A DNA stretch of 64,000 nucleotides from a virus (taxonomy: Duplodnaviria > Caudoviricetes), in IMG/VR virus record IMGVR_UViG_2684623126_000004; one strand, given 5' to 3'. The notes under the pieces are model-generated. The model was not told the DNA's origin. It was given only the letters and a program-made list of their open reading frames with translations, and did not search any database. Below, one piece after another: positions 10,501-18,844 of this stretch. Made by a program: the position numbers and the translations under genes. Position 1 is the stretch's first letter. Each line of letters opens with the position of its first letter.

Positions 10501-10969
10501 CCTTCTTGCCGTCGGCGCCGATGAGCGCGCCGCCGGTGCCGGAATACTTCGCCAGAACCAGCTTTTCTTCCGGCGTCAGGCGCGCCGCATCCACTTCGCC
10601 AGTGTCGATGCGACGGAGCAAAGCCATCGCAGCGGTGTTGTCCTTCTTGCGCTGGGCCGGCTTGCGGTTAGGGTCAAACTCGTAATACTGGGCAGTCTGG
10701 TTGCGCGGCGCAGGCGGGGCGTCATCGCCGGCGGCGGCATCCGTCGGCGCGGCAGTTTCAGCCTGGGCGGTAGCGCCCCCCGTGGCCGTTTGGGCCGCGC
10801 CCAGTTCGACGCGGATCTGGTTCGCGCGCGCGGCCAGCTTCAGGCGCGCAAGCGCGTTGTCGGCATCCTTCAGACCCGCCTTGACGCGGGCGAGCTCGCC
10901 CACCAGTTTCAGCCGTGCCAGCACGCCACCTTTTCCCACGGCGCTATCGAAGGCGATACGGTTCAGCAT
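4523..10969 (-). CDS. darB: DarB-like virion antirestriction protein: N6-adenine MTase fused to SNF2-type helicase
   Basis: 2148 aa. MTase motifs EYYTPKPIA, VLDPCAGVGVF, VVTNVPFG; helicase motifs GVGLGKT, FDEAH, LTATP, EVGINLQ, QRNGRGVRQGN. Confidence 0.92.
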   Translation of the reverse strand: MLNRIAFDSAVGKGGVLARLKLVGELARVKAGLKDADNALARLKLAARANQIRVELGAAQTATGGATAQAETAAPTDAAAGDDAPPAPRNQTAQYYEFDPNRKPAQRKKDNTAAMALLRRIDTGEVDAARLTPEEKLVLAKYSGTGGALIGADGKKGSAYEYYTPKPIAEGVWELMGELGFSGGKVLDPCAGVGVFGATAPLSAAIDAVELNETSGRINGLVNDGPGYTATVSPFEKVAAATPDEQYDAVVTNVPFGGVADRGGNQLLDSRYQKEPLQNYFILRSLEKLKPGGLAVFITPPRCVSGKGGKEEELRVKASYVAEFLGAYRLPNAVFGTASADTMTDVIAFRKYSRDTLDKIAELREQSPKVLIETNVQWQPFIEGRYFDGEGKRFVLGEFVPKDPAKFRDVDRVITKAPISEIARMLKRFPDSRVNWDVLGEAETTPIIYRDGDTITQAGQTLQMQDGRWVPMARSEDSASMADMVGKLKSPYDAFEAAITWPDAEKCVNYMVETSQSLDIPDWLRGAMAEIRRLKTDADRAQFWNAGIVGMAAAQVLQERLGEETGVNFLAEYPALSDAMQRVAGVAKKRPSALGGKLRDGLLTIGNHYQKKTGFSAVWRGDVQQAAPSVETTADSTFEGLRYKTKSIWAGLDDAKAIYGESFDPHADPAWCLSPDGKSVTRADDYYVGNYADFLTRVDADIASAATEEVRAKLLRQKMDAAARIDKVDVSKLTFNLFSPHVSLEEKADFLRRFVHPSAAVIYDERTGEKRVDIDVPGSNLTDREKLLNRIGDYLKNGTITLGGVKLGMEDAKALQELRRMVNTANEQFNGWVRGNRAIVARLEAIASDPAKLRFRQVEDEAPMPIPGMNPNLTLHGYQNSYVRKTSREFGGINGFGVGLGKTFTALAATQYAQSIGVKAKTAFVVPNSVLSNWRKEASRAYASTDDCLFIGLRVGKDGKATVSSSNFDTDLTAVMENRHSKIFMTLEAFERIRLRDDTISAYEAFMRQADASFAESMDKKEDERAKGKQAGLLAVLSDKRGGAPYLEDMGIDSVVFDEAHVFKNSAQTVDFKSAKFLSLSPASRRGIDAQAKAWFIRGKSERKDGVLMLTATPITNSPLEMYAMLSLAAGHERVNDMCLGIRGADNFMEMMCAKENQDDVTMDGVARTTDVFVGLNNVGVLRKAIGEVATIKSAEDVGEQIVVPDREEKATPVTLPPDIVDRLKLYKGAFRWAIDLISEKSPNRGDQAAYDQVAEHFGEELNLIGHPFNLINKMTLLIADPELDQRATFYSFIQTQAAKAKDAITQFNGKKFIEERPRPGPMTDEKAIVGHRTIKDTAGQETELLKIQVQAKVIDGNRVVIDTIDPDTQSAFEAIAEKLGLDLDVSVPPKLAAMLENFQHEQASPRGIDESGATASIVKQIVFCDILPLHNKIKRLLTRRAGIPSAAIAVITGRTNNSPDEILAVQDGFNAGGDDNKYQTVIANEKAEVGINLQKGTQAIHHLTIGWTPDSLEQRNGRGVRQGNKTQRVSLYYYDADGTFDTSKRSMVNKKADWIGQVMDVNGSGSVAVTGGLSKEQMEALIDVVGDADAMRRMQETIAVKEAQARAANNRDRQMINLDTIRKQNAFLNDNKSADSFIIRKVIGLWKLERQAATLRDRISNPKATATAVAKNESLLAELTASMGGLRRQIEESATLFRTEWRAGGQVREAATLDAFFSALRSNPRKQKDDDIESMLLGRTYPAFAIEATEGGPITNEWQAEVDMAQSMIAESKANFARQAEESGGYPASVAEDIAAGNGIIYNGKPLLDGTFVRVKGGLAVLSLVKGVPRAFGRTLNGQPLAANTQDVLAGEWVYRGTADYDACITDAAKIEDKVNSGGTIENGFNEVVPEVAQRRKTEALVAYATHSYMLPQPFFPYVIPPRDASKTTVMQRIFDSQKAIIRSFDEAGNFVVPSDAAVERIGGGAYGNSADKHRAAMREFATAYGLKMTIADFDNFDMWVQNEIESNVSLDALKAALTGESEPEIIEQASAFMRAAAPWFDWQAKDPASDYLPYQFKRAIEEAVRKVVTGGQPKGDLPNDVVGIKGNTRAWKETIKQCAGVAGSGKFKWDGDALTWNVYRSTWEYLIKTYPKAQEQLELAPATREI

Positions 10970-10982
10970 GTCTTTCTTCCCT

Positions 10983-13900
10983 TCAGGAGAGGTTGGCGGT
11001 AGCGGCCAGCATGGCGTTCTGGTAGGTAGCCACGGCTTGCTCGAACAGGGTCACAAGCGCGGGGTCGTCTTGGTTGCGGTTGAAGGCGGCTTCCAGCGTG
11101 TCGGCGAGGTCAGGGGCCAGAATGTCGGGCACCGTGCCGTCGATGACGGACTGGAACAGGGCGCGGTCGGCATCCTTCTGCGGATCGGCCTGGCCGTCGC
11201 CAGCACCGCGCTTGGCGGCCTCGGCGTCCGCAATGGCGATGGCCGCTCCAACATCGGTCGTCCGGCCAATCTCGGCTGCCGCGCCCGTGATGCCGCCACT
11301 AAAGCCCACGGTGAGGCGCACCACAAAGCCGTCTTCAGTCACCCGGATGTTGAACTGAAGTTTCTTGTCGCCAGCCTGCACCGAGCGCACGTAGTCGTTG
11401 TTCAGAACGCGGCTGAAGCCGGCGGCGATCAACTCGGGAACGTCCGGCGAAATGTCGGGCAGCGCATCCGGTGCGGCGGTTTGCTGCGGCTGCTCTTCGG
11501 CGGCAGTCTTGCCGCGAATTTGCCCGATGGTCTTGGGGTTGAAGTGAAAGTCCAGTTCCACGCCGGCCTCCGTGAGTTCGTAGATGCTGATGTAGCCCAG
11601 CTCGCCGCCATCGCCGTACAAGTCGGCCAGGCCGAACGCCTGCTCGGTTCCGGTTCCCTCCATGTCCTTCTCGGTGATGTACCAGTCGCCAGCGCCACGG
11701 AAGTAGTGCAGGTGGGCCACGGCCTCGTCGCCCTTGCCGTCCTGGTCGTAGGTCTTCGGCATGGTGGCGATGACGCCGGCCAGCTCCTTCATCTTGTCCG
11801 CGAAGAACTGCCATTCCTCGCCCATCAGCCCGGCGATGACGGCCTTGTTTTGGGCTTCCGACATCCAGCGGTTCATGCCGGTGTCGGTCAGCACCTTGAG
11901 CGCGTCCATGCGGTCTTTCGCCGGGCCGGTGAAGGCTTCAGCCTGCGCGGTGGTGGGCTGCTCTTCAGCAGAGAACAGGGCCTCCACCATTTCCGGGGCA
12001 TCGTCTTCGGAATACATGAACGGGCGGCCCTCGCTGCCCTTCACGCGCTCGTCGCCGGCCTCGCCGACATACACCATCGCCTTGCCGTCGTCGCCGATGT
12101 CGATGCGGCCCAGCACCTGGTCGCCCTTCTTGACCTTGCCCACGTAGCCGTCGTCATCCACTCCGTCCAGCGCGGGCGACTGCTCGGGCTTCGCGCCCGC
12201 GCGCCCGGTCAGTCGGTCGCTGATGGCGCGGGCATCGTTGGCAAATGCACCTATGCGATCCGTTTCCTCTTGCGTCATTTCCACACCGGAAAGCGACGCT
12301 CCGAAAGACATCACCGAACGCAGCGGCACGAGCGCACTATCGAAGGTGGCGATTTCGCTCACGCTGTCCAGCGCAGCGGCGAACTTCTCATCCGACGCGA
12401 GGAAGACGCTGAAGTTGTTGAGCAGGGCCTTGGTGGCCGCGACGGCGCGCACCTCGGTTTCAACCTCGAAACCGGCGGCGCTGTCCAGGGCCGTCTCCAC
12501 GTCGAACGTAGCCCCGACTTCGGCTTCGTCCGGCTCGTAGTCGCCCTCGGTCAGGATGGCGATGGCTTCCTCAATGCTGGCCGCTACCTCGGCTTCGAGG
12601 TCGGCTTGCTCGGTGTTGCCCTCGCTGCGGTTGATGGGCTCGTTGTTCTTCGCCACATCCAGCGCCTGTTGCAGGGCAGCGACGGCGTGGCCGGTATCGT
12701 CGAGCGACGCGACAAGATCCCGGCCCTCGTTCGTCAGCCAGTTGTAGCCGTCACGGCGCTCGATGTAGCCGCGCTCCACCAGCGAATCTCGGGACGCCTT
12801 GGACGGCACATCGCCGTCCTCGATCTTGGGGTTCTTCTTCATGGCGCGCAGCGTGTCGAACTCGCCGCCGTCAAATTGCTCACCGGCGATGGTATGGACG
12901 GAATCCATCGCAGCGCCGGCGAACTCGCCCCACTCGATTTCCGCGCCGTGGCGCTTGGCGGCCTCGTCCATGCCCTTCGCGGTCACGAACGGCGAGTAGT
13001 CGCCCTTCAGCACGGATTCCGACAGCCAGAGCTTGAATTCGTCGGTAGCACTGGTGAAACGGTAGGCTTCATCGACGGCGGCGATTTTCTCGGCGTCGGT
13101 CTTCTCGGACTGCGGCTCGGCCACGCCCAGCGATTCCAGCGCCTGGCGCAGGCCGCCGAAGGCCAGCGCGGCCTTCAGGAAGCCGTTGAAGTTCTTGCTC
13201 TTCAGGCCCGTGATGCGGTCGCCCTTGCGCACGTAGTACGAGGTCGCGGCGCCGCGCTTGCGTGCCACCACCTCGCCGAAGCCCTGCTCGAAGAGCGATT
13301 TCACGAAGTCCTGCCCGTTGCTGACGGTGCCTTCGGTCGTGCGCACGCTGATGGAGGTCAGCCCGTTCCAGGCCCACTTCAGGTTGTCGTCGCGGCGCTT
13401 GGCTTCTTGGGCCTCGCTGCGTTGCGCTTCCAGTTCGGCGCGCTTTTCAGCGGTGATGCCCGCCCATTCGTCGATCTGCGGGCGACGGTCGCGCTGGGTC
13501 TTCGCCAGCTTGATGCCCGTGGCGCGCTCGAAAATCTCGGCGCTGGACTTGTTGTCGAGGTTGCTCAAGATGCTCCACGCCAGCGCGGCGTCCTTCGCCT
13601 CGATGGCGGCGACGATTTGCGGGGTCTGGCTGCCGGTGTCGATGCCGGCCTTGTGGAAGACGGCGGTGGCCACGTCGGCGAGCGGCGTTTCCGGGGTCAG
13701 CGCGGCGACTTCCGACGTGCCCTTGGCGATCAGGCGTTCCTTGGCGATGGACTGAATCCGGTCGCGCGCGGAAGCGGCGGCGTCCAGGGCGGCACTCCAC
13801 GCGGCGAAGCCGGGATCTTCGCGCAGGCTGGAAAGGCGCTCGTCCCAGGTCTTGATGCCGCCAGCTTCCAGCGCCTGCGACGCCTTGCCGATGATGTCGT

Positions 13901-16223
13901 ACTGGCCGGCGCGAGACGCGACGCCCAGTTTGTCGAGCTCGGCGCGCATGGTCTGGGTGTCGATGATGCCGTCCCAATTCACCGCAGCGACGGCGGCATT
14001 GATCACTGCGGCGGCGGCGCCGAACGACTGCACGTAGGCGTCGATCAGCTTCTGGGCGTCGTCCTGCTGGCCGGTTGCCTTGCTGAAAAGAATGTCCTCG
14101 CCCTTGACCAGCTTGAGCTTGGCGCGCACGTCATCCACGGTCAGAGACTTCCCGGCGAAGGCGTCGCCCATTCCGACGAACACATCGGAACGCAGCCATT
14201 CCACGATTTCGGCGGGCGTGCCTGCCCGCTCGCGGCCTAGGGTGCCGTCCTTGACGTGCGCCAGGTAGGCTCCGCCCTGCTCGGTCAGCGTCAGGTAGTC
14301 GTTGCTGCGAGACTTGCCCAGCAGGTACACGGCGGCGTATTTCTCGCCGAAAGAGCCTTCCCACCACTTGGCCGACTTCTTGGCCTGCTCGGCAGCGGCT
14401 TCGTCCCCGCCAAGCTCCTTCAGCAGGGCTTCGTCCTCTTCGGGCGTCGTCGCCGGGCTGGTGTCCTCGGCCACGGTGTAGCCGGCCTCGCGCAGTTGCG
14501 CGATGGTCGGTGCAGCATGGGCGGCCAGCACCTTGCCGCCTTCAGCGCCCGGCGTGGCGTTGATAGTGCTCCACGCCTTTTCGCCTTCCGGCGTGTTCGG
14601 GAAGAACGACGTGAAGAGGCCGTCGGCGCTGTTGCGATAGGTGATGTCGGGTTTCTGCTGCGCCTCCTTCGCGGCCTGTACGCGGCGCGCCACCTCTGCC
14701 ATCGCCGCCGCATCCACCTGGGCGGCGTAGTCTTCCGGCGTCTTGGTCAGGTCGTCGTCGATGCCGTTCATGGCCCAGCCGGCGACGTTGCGGCCCGCGC
14801 CGACGTGCGTAAAGGTCGGCTGCACTTCGGCGTCGCCCTTGTAAAGGCGGGTATCGCTCGGCTCGCGGCCCTCCCAGCCCAGCGCGCGCAGGGCATTTCG
14901 GACGGCAACGATGCGGCCCTGGAAGAAGGCGTCGAGGCGGTCTTGCCAGTAGAGTTGCAGGGCTTCGTCGCCGCGCACCTTGGCGTAGCCCTCGGGCGTG
15001 GTCGGGTCGAACTCCGGCTTACCCTCGGCGGCCACCTTCGCCACTTCGAGTTCATGCTGGGCGGTCGCCAGTTCGGTTTCCAGGGTGGCGATTTCGTCCT
15101 TCAGGGTCTGGATGTTCTGCATCCGGGCCGCGCGCGTGGCATTCACGCGCTGGAACGCCTCGCTGTTCTTCTCGGCCAGGCGCATGATGCGGCGCGCCAC
15201 CTCGCGGATGTTCAGGTCGGCGCCGCGCTCCGGCGCGACGACGATGGTGATGTCCTTCTTGTTCAGCAGCCATTTCCACGAGATAACCTCGTCCGCCGGG
15301 GCCATCTTGTTCGGCGTCACGTCGGGGTTGTGGAAGAAGATGGTCACGGTCTGGCCGTCGGACAGCTCGAAAATGGCCGCCACGTTGGCGACGCCGCGCT
15401 GCTTGAACGGGTCGGTGACTTGCAGGGCGATTGGCTTCACCTTGTCGCCGGTGCGCTCCATGATGCCGCGCAGCAGTTCCATCCGGCGTTCCAGCTTGGC
15501 GTAGGGCGTCACCAGCGCGTCGAAGGCCAGTGCGCCATCGGCGTCGTCGATGATTTCCTGGGCGGTCACGGCATCCAGAAGAAGGCCCTCGCCGCTGTCG
15601 GAGCGCCGGATGTCGTACAGCACCTTGTCCAAGGTGGTGTCGTAGGGCAGCGCGTCGGTGTTCCAGTGAGTTTTCTTCATGGTGTCAAGTCCTTCCTTGG
15701 GTAGGGTGTCGGCCCGAAGCGGGCTCTTCAGGTCGCCGTTGTCCAGCCACCACTTGAGTTGAGAAAGAGAGGCCGGGACGATGCTTTCCAGCCCGTCCCA
15801 GCCGCGTTCGTAGCTGTTCAAGTAGGCGGCGCGCGCCGATGCCAGGTCGGGAAAGGCGAGCATGACTTTGTGCTCGTCGAACTGGCCGCCGATGTTCTGG
15901 TTGATGACGTAGGCCCGCTCCGATTCGGGTAGCGGGCCGATGAAGCAATCCACGCCGTCGCCGTCCGCGCCGGTTGTGCCGCCGATGTAGCCGTAGTGCG
16001 CCGCCATGCGGCTAGACCACGCCTTGCCAGTCTTTTCATCCACGCCGGAGCGCGTGCTTCCGCGCGGCTGCTCGATGGCAAGATTCAGGCCGTACAGGCT
16101 CACCCGCCCCACCTTGTAGTTGCCGGCGCGGCACTGGGCTTCCGACGGTTCAGGCGTCAGGTTTTGGCCGAATGCGCCCTCGTGGGCGGCGCGCTCGATG
16201 AGGTGGAGAGGGGTATGGGACAT
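10983..16223 (-). CDS. darA: Extended DarA-like polyvalent protein: inorganic-pyrophosphatase-like domain, DarA_N, multiple inserted domains, DarA_C
   Basis: N-terminal HYGYI..GADGDGVDCFIG..DEHKV (InPase-like); FELSDGQTVTIFFHNPD..ISWKWLLNKKDIT (DarA_N); MPKTYDQDGKGDEAVAHLHYF..DWYITEKD..QAFGLADL..ELGYISI (DarA_C). Start placed at ATG 16223, just after promoter B; the ORF track extends to 16289. Confidence 0.85.
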   Translation of the reverse strand: MSHTPLHLIERAAHEGAFGQNLTPEPSEAQCRAGNYKVGRVSLYGLNLAIEQPRGSTRSGVDEKTGKAWSSRMAAHYGYIGGTTGADGDGVDCFIGPLPESERAYVINQNIGGQFDEHKVMLAFPDLASARAAYLNSYERGWDGLESIVPASLSQLKWWLDNGDLKSPLRADTLPKEGLDTMKKTHWNTDALPYDTTLDKVLYDIRRSDSGEGLLLDAVTAQEIIDDADGALAFDALVTPYAKLERRMELLRGIMERTGDKVKPIALQVTDPFKQRGVANVAAIFELSDGQTVTIFFHNPDVTPNKMAPADEVISWKWLLNKKDITIVVAPERGADLNIREVARRIMRLAEKNSEAFQRVNATRAARMQNIQTLKDEIATLETELATAQHELEVAKVAAEGKPEFDPTTPEGYAKVRGDEALQLYWQDRLDAFFQGRIVAVRNALRALGWEGREPSDTRLYKGDAEVQPTFTHVGAGRNVAGWAMNGIDDDLTKTPEDYAAQVDAAAMAEVARRVQAAKEAQQKPDITYRNSADGLFTSFFPNTPEGEKAWSTINATPGAEGGKVLAAHAAPTIAQLREAGYTVAEDTSPATTPEEDEALLKELGGDEAAAEQAKKSAKWWEGSFGEKYAAVYLLGKSRSNDYLTLTEQGGAYLAHVKDGTLGRERAGTPAEIVEWLRSDVFVGMGDAFAGKSLTVDDVRAKLKLVKGEDILFSKATGQQDDAQKLIDAYVQSFGAAAAVINAAVAAVNWDGIIDTQTMRAELDKLGVASRAGQYDIIGKASQALEAGGIKTWDERLSSLREDPGFAAWSAALDAAASARDRIQSIAKERLIAKGTSEVAALTPETPLADVATAVFHKAGIDTGSQTPQIVAAIEAKDAALAWSILSNLDNKSSAEIFERATGIKLAKTQRDRRPQIDEWAGITAEKRAELEAQRSEAQEAKRRDDNLKWAWNGLTSISVRTTEGTVSNGQDFVKSLFEQGFGEVVARKRGAATSYYVRKGDRITGLKSKNFNGFLKAALAFGGLRQALESLGVAEPQSEKTDAEKIAAVDEAYRFTSATDEFKLWLSESVLKGDYSPFVTAKGMDEAAKRHGAEIEWGEFAGAAMDSVHTIAGEQFDGGEFDTLRAMKKNPKIEDGDVPSKASRDSLVERGYIERRDGYNWLTNEGRDLVASLDDTGHAVAALQQALDVAKNNEPINRSEGNTEQADLEAEVAASIEEAIAILTEGDYEPDEAEVGATFDVETALDSAAGFEVETEVRAVAATKALLNNFSVFLASDEKFAAALDSVSEIATFDSALVPLRSVMSFGASLSGVEMTQEETDRIGAFANDARAISDRLTGRAGAKPEQSPALDGVDDDGYVGKVKKGDQVLGRIDIGDDGKAMVYVGEAGDERVKGSEGRPFMYSEDDAPEMVEALFSAEEQPTTAQAEAFTGPAKDRMDALKVLTDTGMNRWMSEAQNKAVIAGLMGEEWQFFADKMKELAGVIATMPKTYDQDGKGDEAVAHLHYFRGAGDWYITEKDMEGTGTEQAFGLADLYGDGGELGYISIYELTEAGVELDFHFNPKTIGQIRGKTAAEEQPQQTAAPDALPDISPDVPELIAAGFSRVLNNDYVRSVQAGDKKLQFNIRVTEDGFVVRLTVGFSGGITGAAAEIGRTTDVGAAIAIADAEAAKRGAGDGQADPQKDADRALFQSVIDGTVPDILAPDLADTLEAAFNRNQDDPALVTLFEQAVATYQNAMLAATANLS

Positions 16224-16229
16224 GCAGGC

Positions 16230-16274
16230 ATGGTATGGCCCGCGTTGCCCGTTATTTCGGGTGGTTTTCCGCCT
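16230..16274 (-). promoter_or_regulatory. Putative late promoter (site B) upstream of darA
   Basis: AGGCGGAAAAC-N28-TACCAT, then 6 nt to the ATG. Confidence 0.7.
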
Positions 16275-16461
16275 CAATGTCGGCGGCAAGCTGATGGATG
16301 GTGATGCAGATGTCGGCCAGGTCGCGGCCAGCTTTCGACTTCTTGGAGAGGCCCCCGAAGTAGTCCAGCTCGGCGGCGATGTCGGCCATTTCGTCGGCCA
16401 TCGCGCGCAGCCGCTTGGCCGGCGCTTCCGGCGGCGACTGCGGCGCGGGACTGCTGCTCAT
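16252..16461 (-). CDS. Small hypothetical protein between hdf and darA
   Basis: 69-aa helical ORF filling the gap, 4 nt after the hdf stop. Confidence 0.55.
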   Translation of the reverse strand: MSSSPAPQSPPEAPAKRLRAMADEMADIAAELDYFGGLSKKSKAGRDLADICITIHQLAADIEAENHPK

Positions 16462-16465
16462 GGCA

Positions 16466-16945
16466 TCAGGCGGCGGGGGCGAGGCTGGCGATCTGCTCGC
16501 GCACGGAGGCGATAGATTCCTTCAGCGCGTCGCGCTTCTGGGTCAGCACCTGCTCCATCTTCGGCGCGGCGGTGCGGATCCCGACGGGCGGCCTTACCTT
16601 CGCGGCGGCGAGCACCTTCTGGAACTTCACGCGCCCGGCGTCCATCGCCTGCACGATTTCGGCGATGGCCTTCACATGGTCGTCCTGGTTCTTGATGGGG
16701 AGCACCTTGCCATTCACCAGTACCTGGAAGATGTCGCCGGACTGCTTGATGCGCAACACCACTTGCTGGGAATCGGCGAAGGTCAGCGTCATTTCCCGGT
16801 AGGTGATGCCGGACGAACGCTTCACGGTGGTCGGCACGTCCTGCTGCACCACATTCGCGCCGGCGCGCGAGAAGTAGCGAACGGCCTGCTTGGCGGCCTT
16901 GTCTTTGGCCGACAGGTCTTCAAAGCTGAAAAGCAGGTTCTTCAT
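16466..16945 (-). CDS. hdf: Hdf-like protein (stand-alone DarA_N domain)
   Basis: SD AAAGGAAA before ATG 16945; FADSQQVVLRIKQSGDIFQVLVNGKVLPIKN DarA_N pattern plus a C-terminal coiled coil. Confidence 0.7.
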   Translation of the reverse strand: MKNLLFSFEDLSAKDKAAKQAVRYFSRAGANVVQQDVPTTVKRSSGITYREMTLTFADSQQVVLRIKQSGDIFQVLVNGKVLPIKNQDDHVKAIAEIVQAMDAGRVKFQKVLAAAKVRPPVGIRTAAPKMEQVLTQKRDALKESIASVREQIASLAPAA

Positions 16946-16956
16946 GGTGTTTCCTT

Positions 16957-17565
16957 TCAATGCGAATGGTGGTTGCTGTTGCCGCCGCCGTCCATGATGG
17001 TGCCGGATGCGTCGATGTTGCCCTGCACGCCGATGTTGCCCTCGACCGAAACGCCAGAACCGCCGGAAACGGCCAAGCCGCCCTTGCCGACGATGGCGCC
17101 ATCCACGGTGAGGTTTCCGGTGACGTGCGTATCGTCCGCCTGCACCGTGGCCGAAGGGGCCTGCACCGTCACATGGGAACCGGACTTGATGAGCACGTCG
17201 CCCTGCGCAATCAGGTTCATCAGCGCATCGGCAAGCAACTCCATGTTGGCATGGTGCCAGCGCCGCCAGCCCGTCGAATTTCCTGCCTGCGGGTTCCGAT
17301 AGCCGGTGATGATGGGGTAGCGGGCGTCGCCGCCGATGAACGCCACCCAGACGGTATCGCCCGCCGTGATTTCGACCTCGGTAGCGTTCGCGCCGGCGCG
17401 CGACTTGTCGCCCAGGGAATACTCGATCTCGGCCAGCGGCAGCACGTCGCCGCCGTCGGTCAGGCCCGGAATCTCCACGCGGCACATGCGCGCGCCCGCG
17501 TCGTAGCCGCGCACGATGGCGGGATAGCGGCCAGGCCAGAAGCCGTAGGTTTCGCCCGCCTTCAT
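16957..17565 (-). CDS. Baseplate central spike (gpV/P1 gp5-like)
   Basis: N-terminal OB-fold (GRYPAIVRGYD..CRVEIPGL..VWVAFIGGDARYPIITG), beta-helix repeats and C-terminal HxH tip motif (NHHSH); start overlaps the hub gene stop. Confidence 0.85.
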   Translation of the reverse strand: MKAGETYGFWPGRYPAIVRGYDAGARMCRVEIPGLTDGGDVLPLAEIEYSLGDKSRAGANATEVEITAGDTVWVAFIGGDARYPIITGYRNPQAGNSTGWRRWHHANMELLADALMNLIAQGDVLIKSGSHVTVQAPSATVQADDTHVTGNLTVDGAIVGKGGLAVSGGSGVSVEGNIGVQGNIDASGTIMDGGGNSNHHSH

Positions 17566-18458
17566 TCTTCGAGGCTCCCCACCCAGAGCCGGGTATAGGC
17601 TTCCTGCTGGCCGCCGTCGTCCGTGCCGCTGCCGAAGACGTGGGCCGCCGTGATGACGGCCAGCTTCGCGCCGCCGGCGTAGGCGATCAGGTCGCCGGCC
17701 ACGACATTCCCTCGCATGGTTGTCCGCGAGGTCTTGCGATGCACCAGGCAGCGCGTCATGTTGCGCAGGCGCTGGGCGTCCTTGAATGGGGAGTAGCGCA
17801 CCGCGCGCGGCTTGTCGCGGTTGCCGAACACAGCCGCGCCGGATGCGGCCAGCGAGAAGAACCAGGGCACGGTATGCCGTTCTAGGAAGCCGCTTTCCAC
17901 GTCCTCGCTGGTGTTGTCGGGCAGGGTCAGCACCGTGGCCTGCTTGAACAGGTCGCCCAGTCGGACGAATTGCAGCTTGCCGTTCTTCCAGCGCACCGCG
18001 CCGCCCTCTTCCTGAAGCACGCGGGCAATATGGAAGGTCGGGGTGTCGCCCACGGGGCAATAGAAGCGCGGCACGGGGAAGTCGGCATCCACGCCATTGA
18101 TGGTCGCGCCGGCGGCCCGATAGATGGCGGCCAGCGAGGCGTTCTCTTTGATGATGGCGCGCTGGCGCACGTAGGCCGCGCCCTGGCAGGCATCCAGCAG
18201 CGCGGTCACGCTGTACGCCTCCATGTCACGCTGCCCCTGGGAAGAGCGCCCGGCGATGCGCTTGGACTTGACGATGCGCAGCGCGTCGCCTCCGACGTTC
18301 AACACCTGGCCCTCGGCCAACCGCTTGTCCAGCCCGTCGTCGCCGGCCCGGATCTCGGCTTCCAGCGTCAGGGGAATAGGGGAAAGGTCGGAGCGTAGCG
18401 TGGCGGACTTGATGAGGTCGCCGCGAAGCTGCTTACCGTCGGCGAAGGTCACGATCAC
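17562..18458 (-). CDS. Baseplate hub protein (P1 gp6-like)
   Basis: Directly upstream of the spike; segment VGDTPTFHIARVLQEEGGAVRWKNGKLQF resembles hub proteins. Confidence 0.65.
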   Translation of the reverse strand: MIVTFADGKQLRGDLIKSATLRSDLSPIPLTLEAEIRAGDDGLDKRLAEGQVLNVGGDALRIVKSKRIAGRSSQGQRDMEAYSVTALLDACQGAAYVRQRAIIKENASLAAIYRAAGATINGVDADFPVPRFYCPVGDTPTFHIARVLQEEGGAVRWKNGKLQFVRLGDLFKQATVLTLPDNTSEDVESGFLERHTVPWFFSLAASGAAVFGNRDKPRAVRYSPFKDAQRLRNMTRCLVHRKTSRTTMRGNVVAGDLIAYAGGAKLAVITAAHVFGSGTDDGGQQEAYTRLWVGSLEE

Positions 18459-18460
18459 GG

Positions 18461-18844
18461 CTACACCGTCAGGATGGGTTGAAAGAAAGCCCTATGCGGC
18501 ATTTCCGCTTCGGTCTGGGCGATGTCGCCAGCAATCTCGCTGGCGCTGCGCCCGAAGGGATCGACACCCATGCCGCGCGAGGCTTCGAGCTGCAAGGCCG
18601 TCTCACGCTCGACGTACAGCAGGAACAGGGGGCGAATCAGCGCCCATTCGGGGTCGGTGATTTCCAGGTCGCCATTGATGGCCGGCACCGGGTCGGCGTT
18701 CTCGCGCGCGCGGATGACGGCATACCCGGCATAGAACCGGGTAGCCGCCATTGCCTGCGCAAGTACCGTTTCCTCGTCCAGCAGATTGCCGGCGGGGCGC
18801 TCTTGCGTGGCGAACTGCGTAGCCAGCGCGGAGAGCGTCGTCAT
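18461..18844 (-). CDS. Conserved P1-like structural protein
   Basis: LEASRGMGVDPFGRSASE resembles a recalled P1 virion protein segment; lies in the tail operon. Confidence 0.5.
   Translation of the reverse strand: MTTLSALATQFATQERPAGNLLDEETVLAQAMAATRFYAGYAVIRARENADPVPAINGDLEITDPEWALIRPLFLLYVERETALQLEASRGMGVDPFGRSASEIAGDIAQTEAEMPHRAFFQPILTV

Noticed and set aside
4556-14240. Very long plus-strand ORFs (4556-7873, 8030-11002, 10701-14240)
   Set aside because: Antisense shadows of darB and darA caused by high-GC codon bias; no motifs or RBS, and the opposite strand carries clear domains.
16224-16289. Upstream ATG extending darA by 22 aa
   Set aside because: It overlaps the upstream ORF and the promoter motif; ATG 16223 matches the spacing seen at the portal gene.
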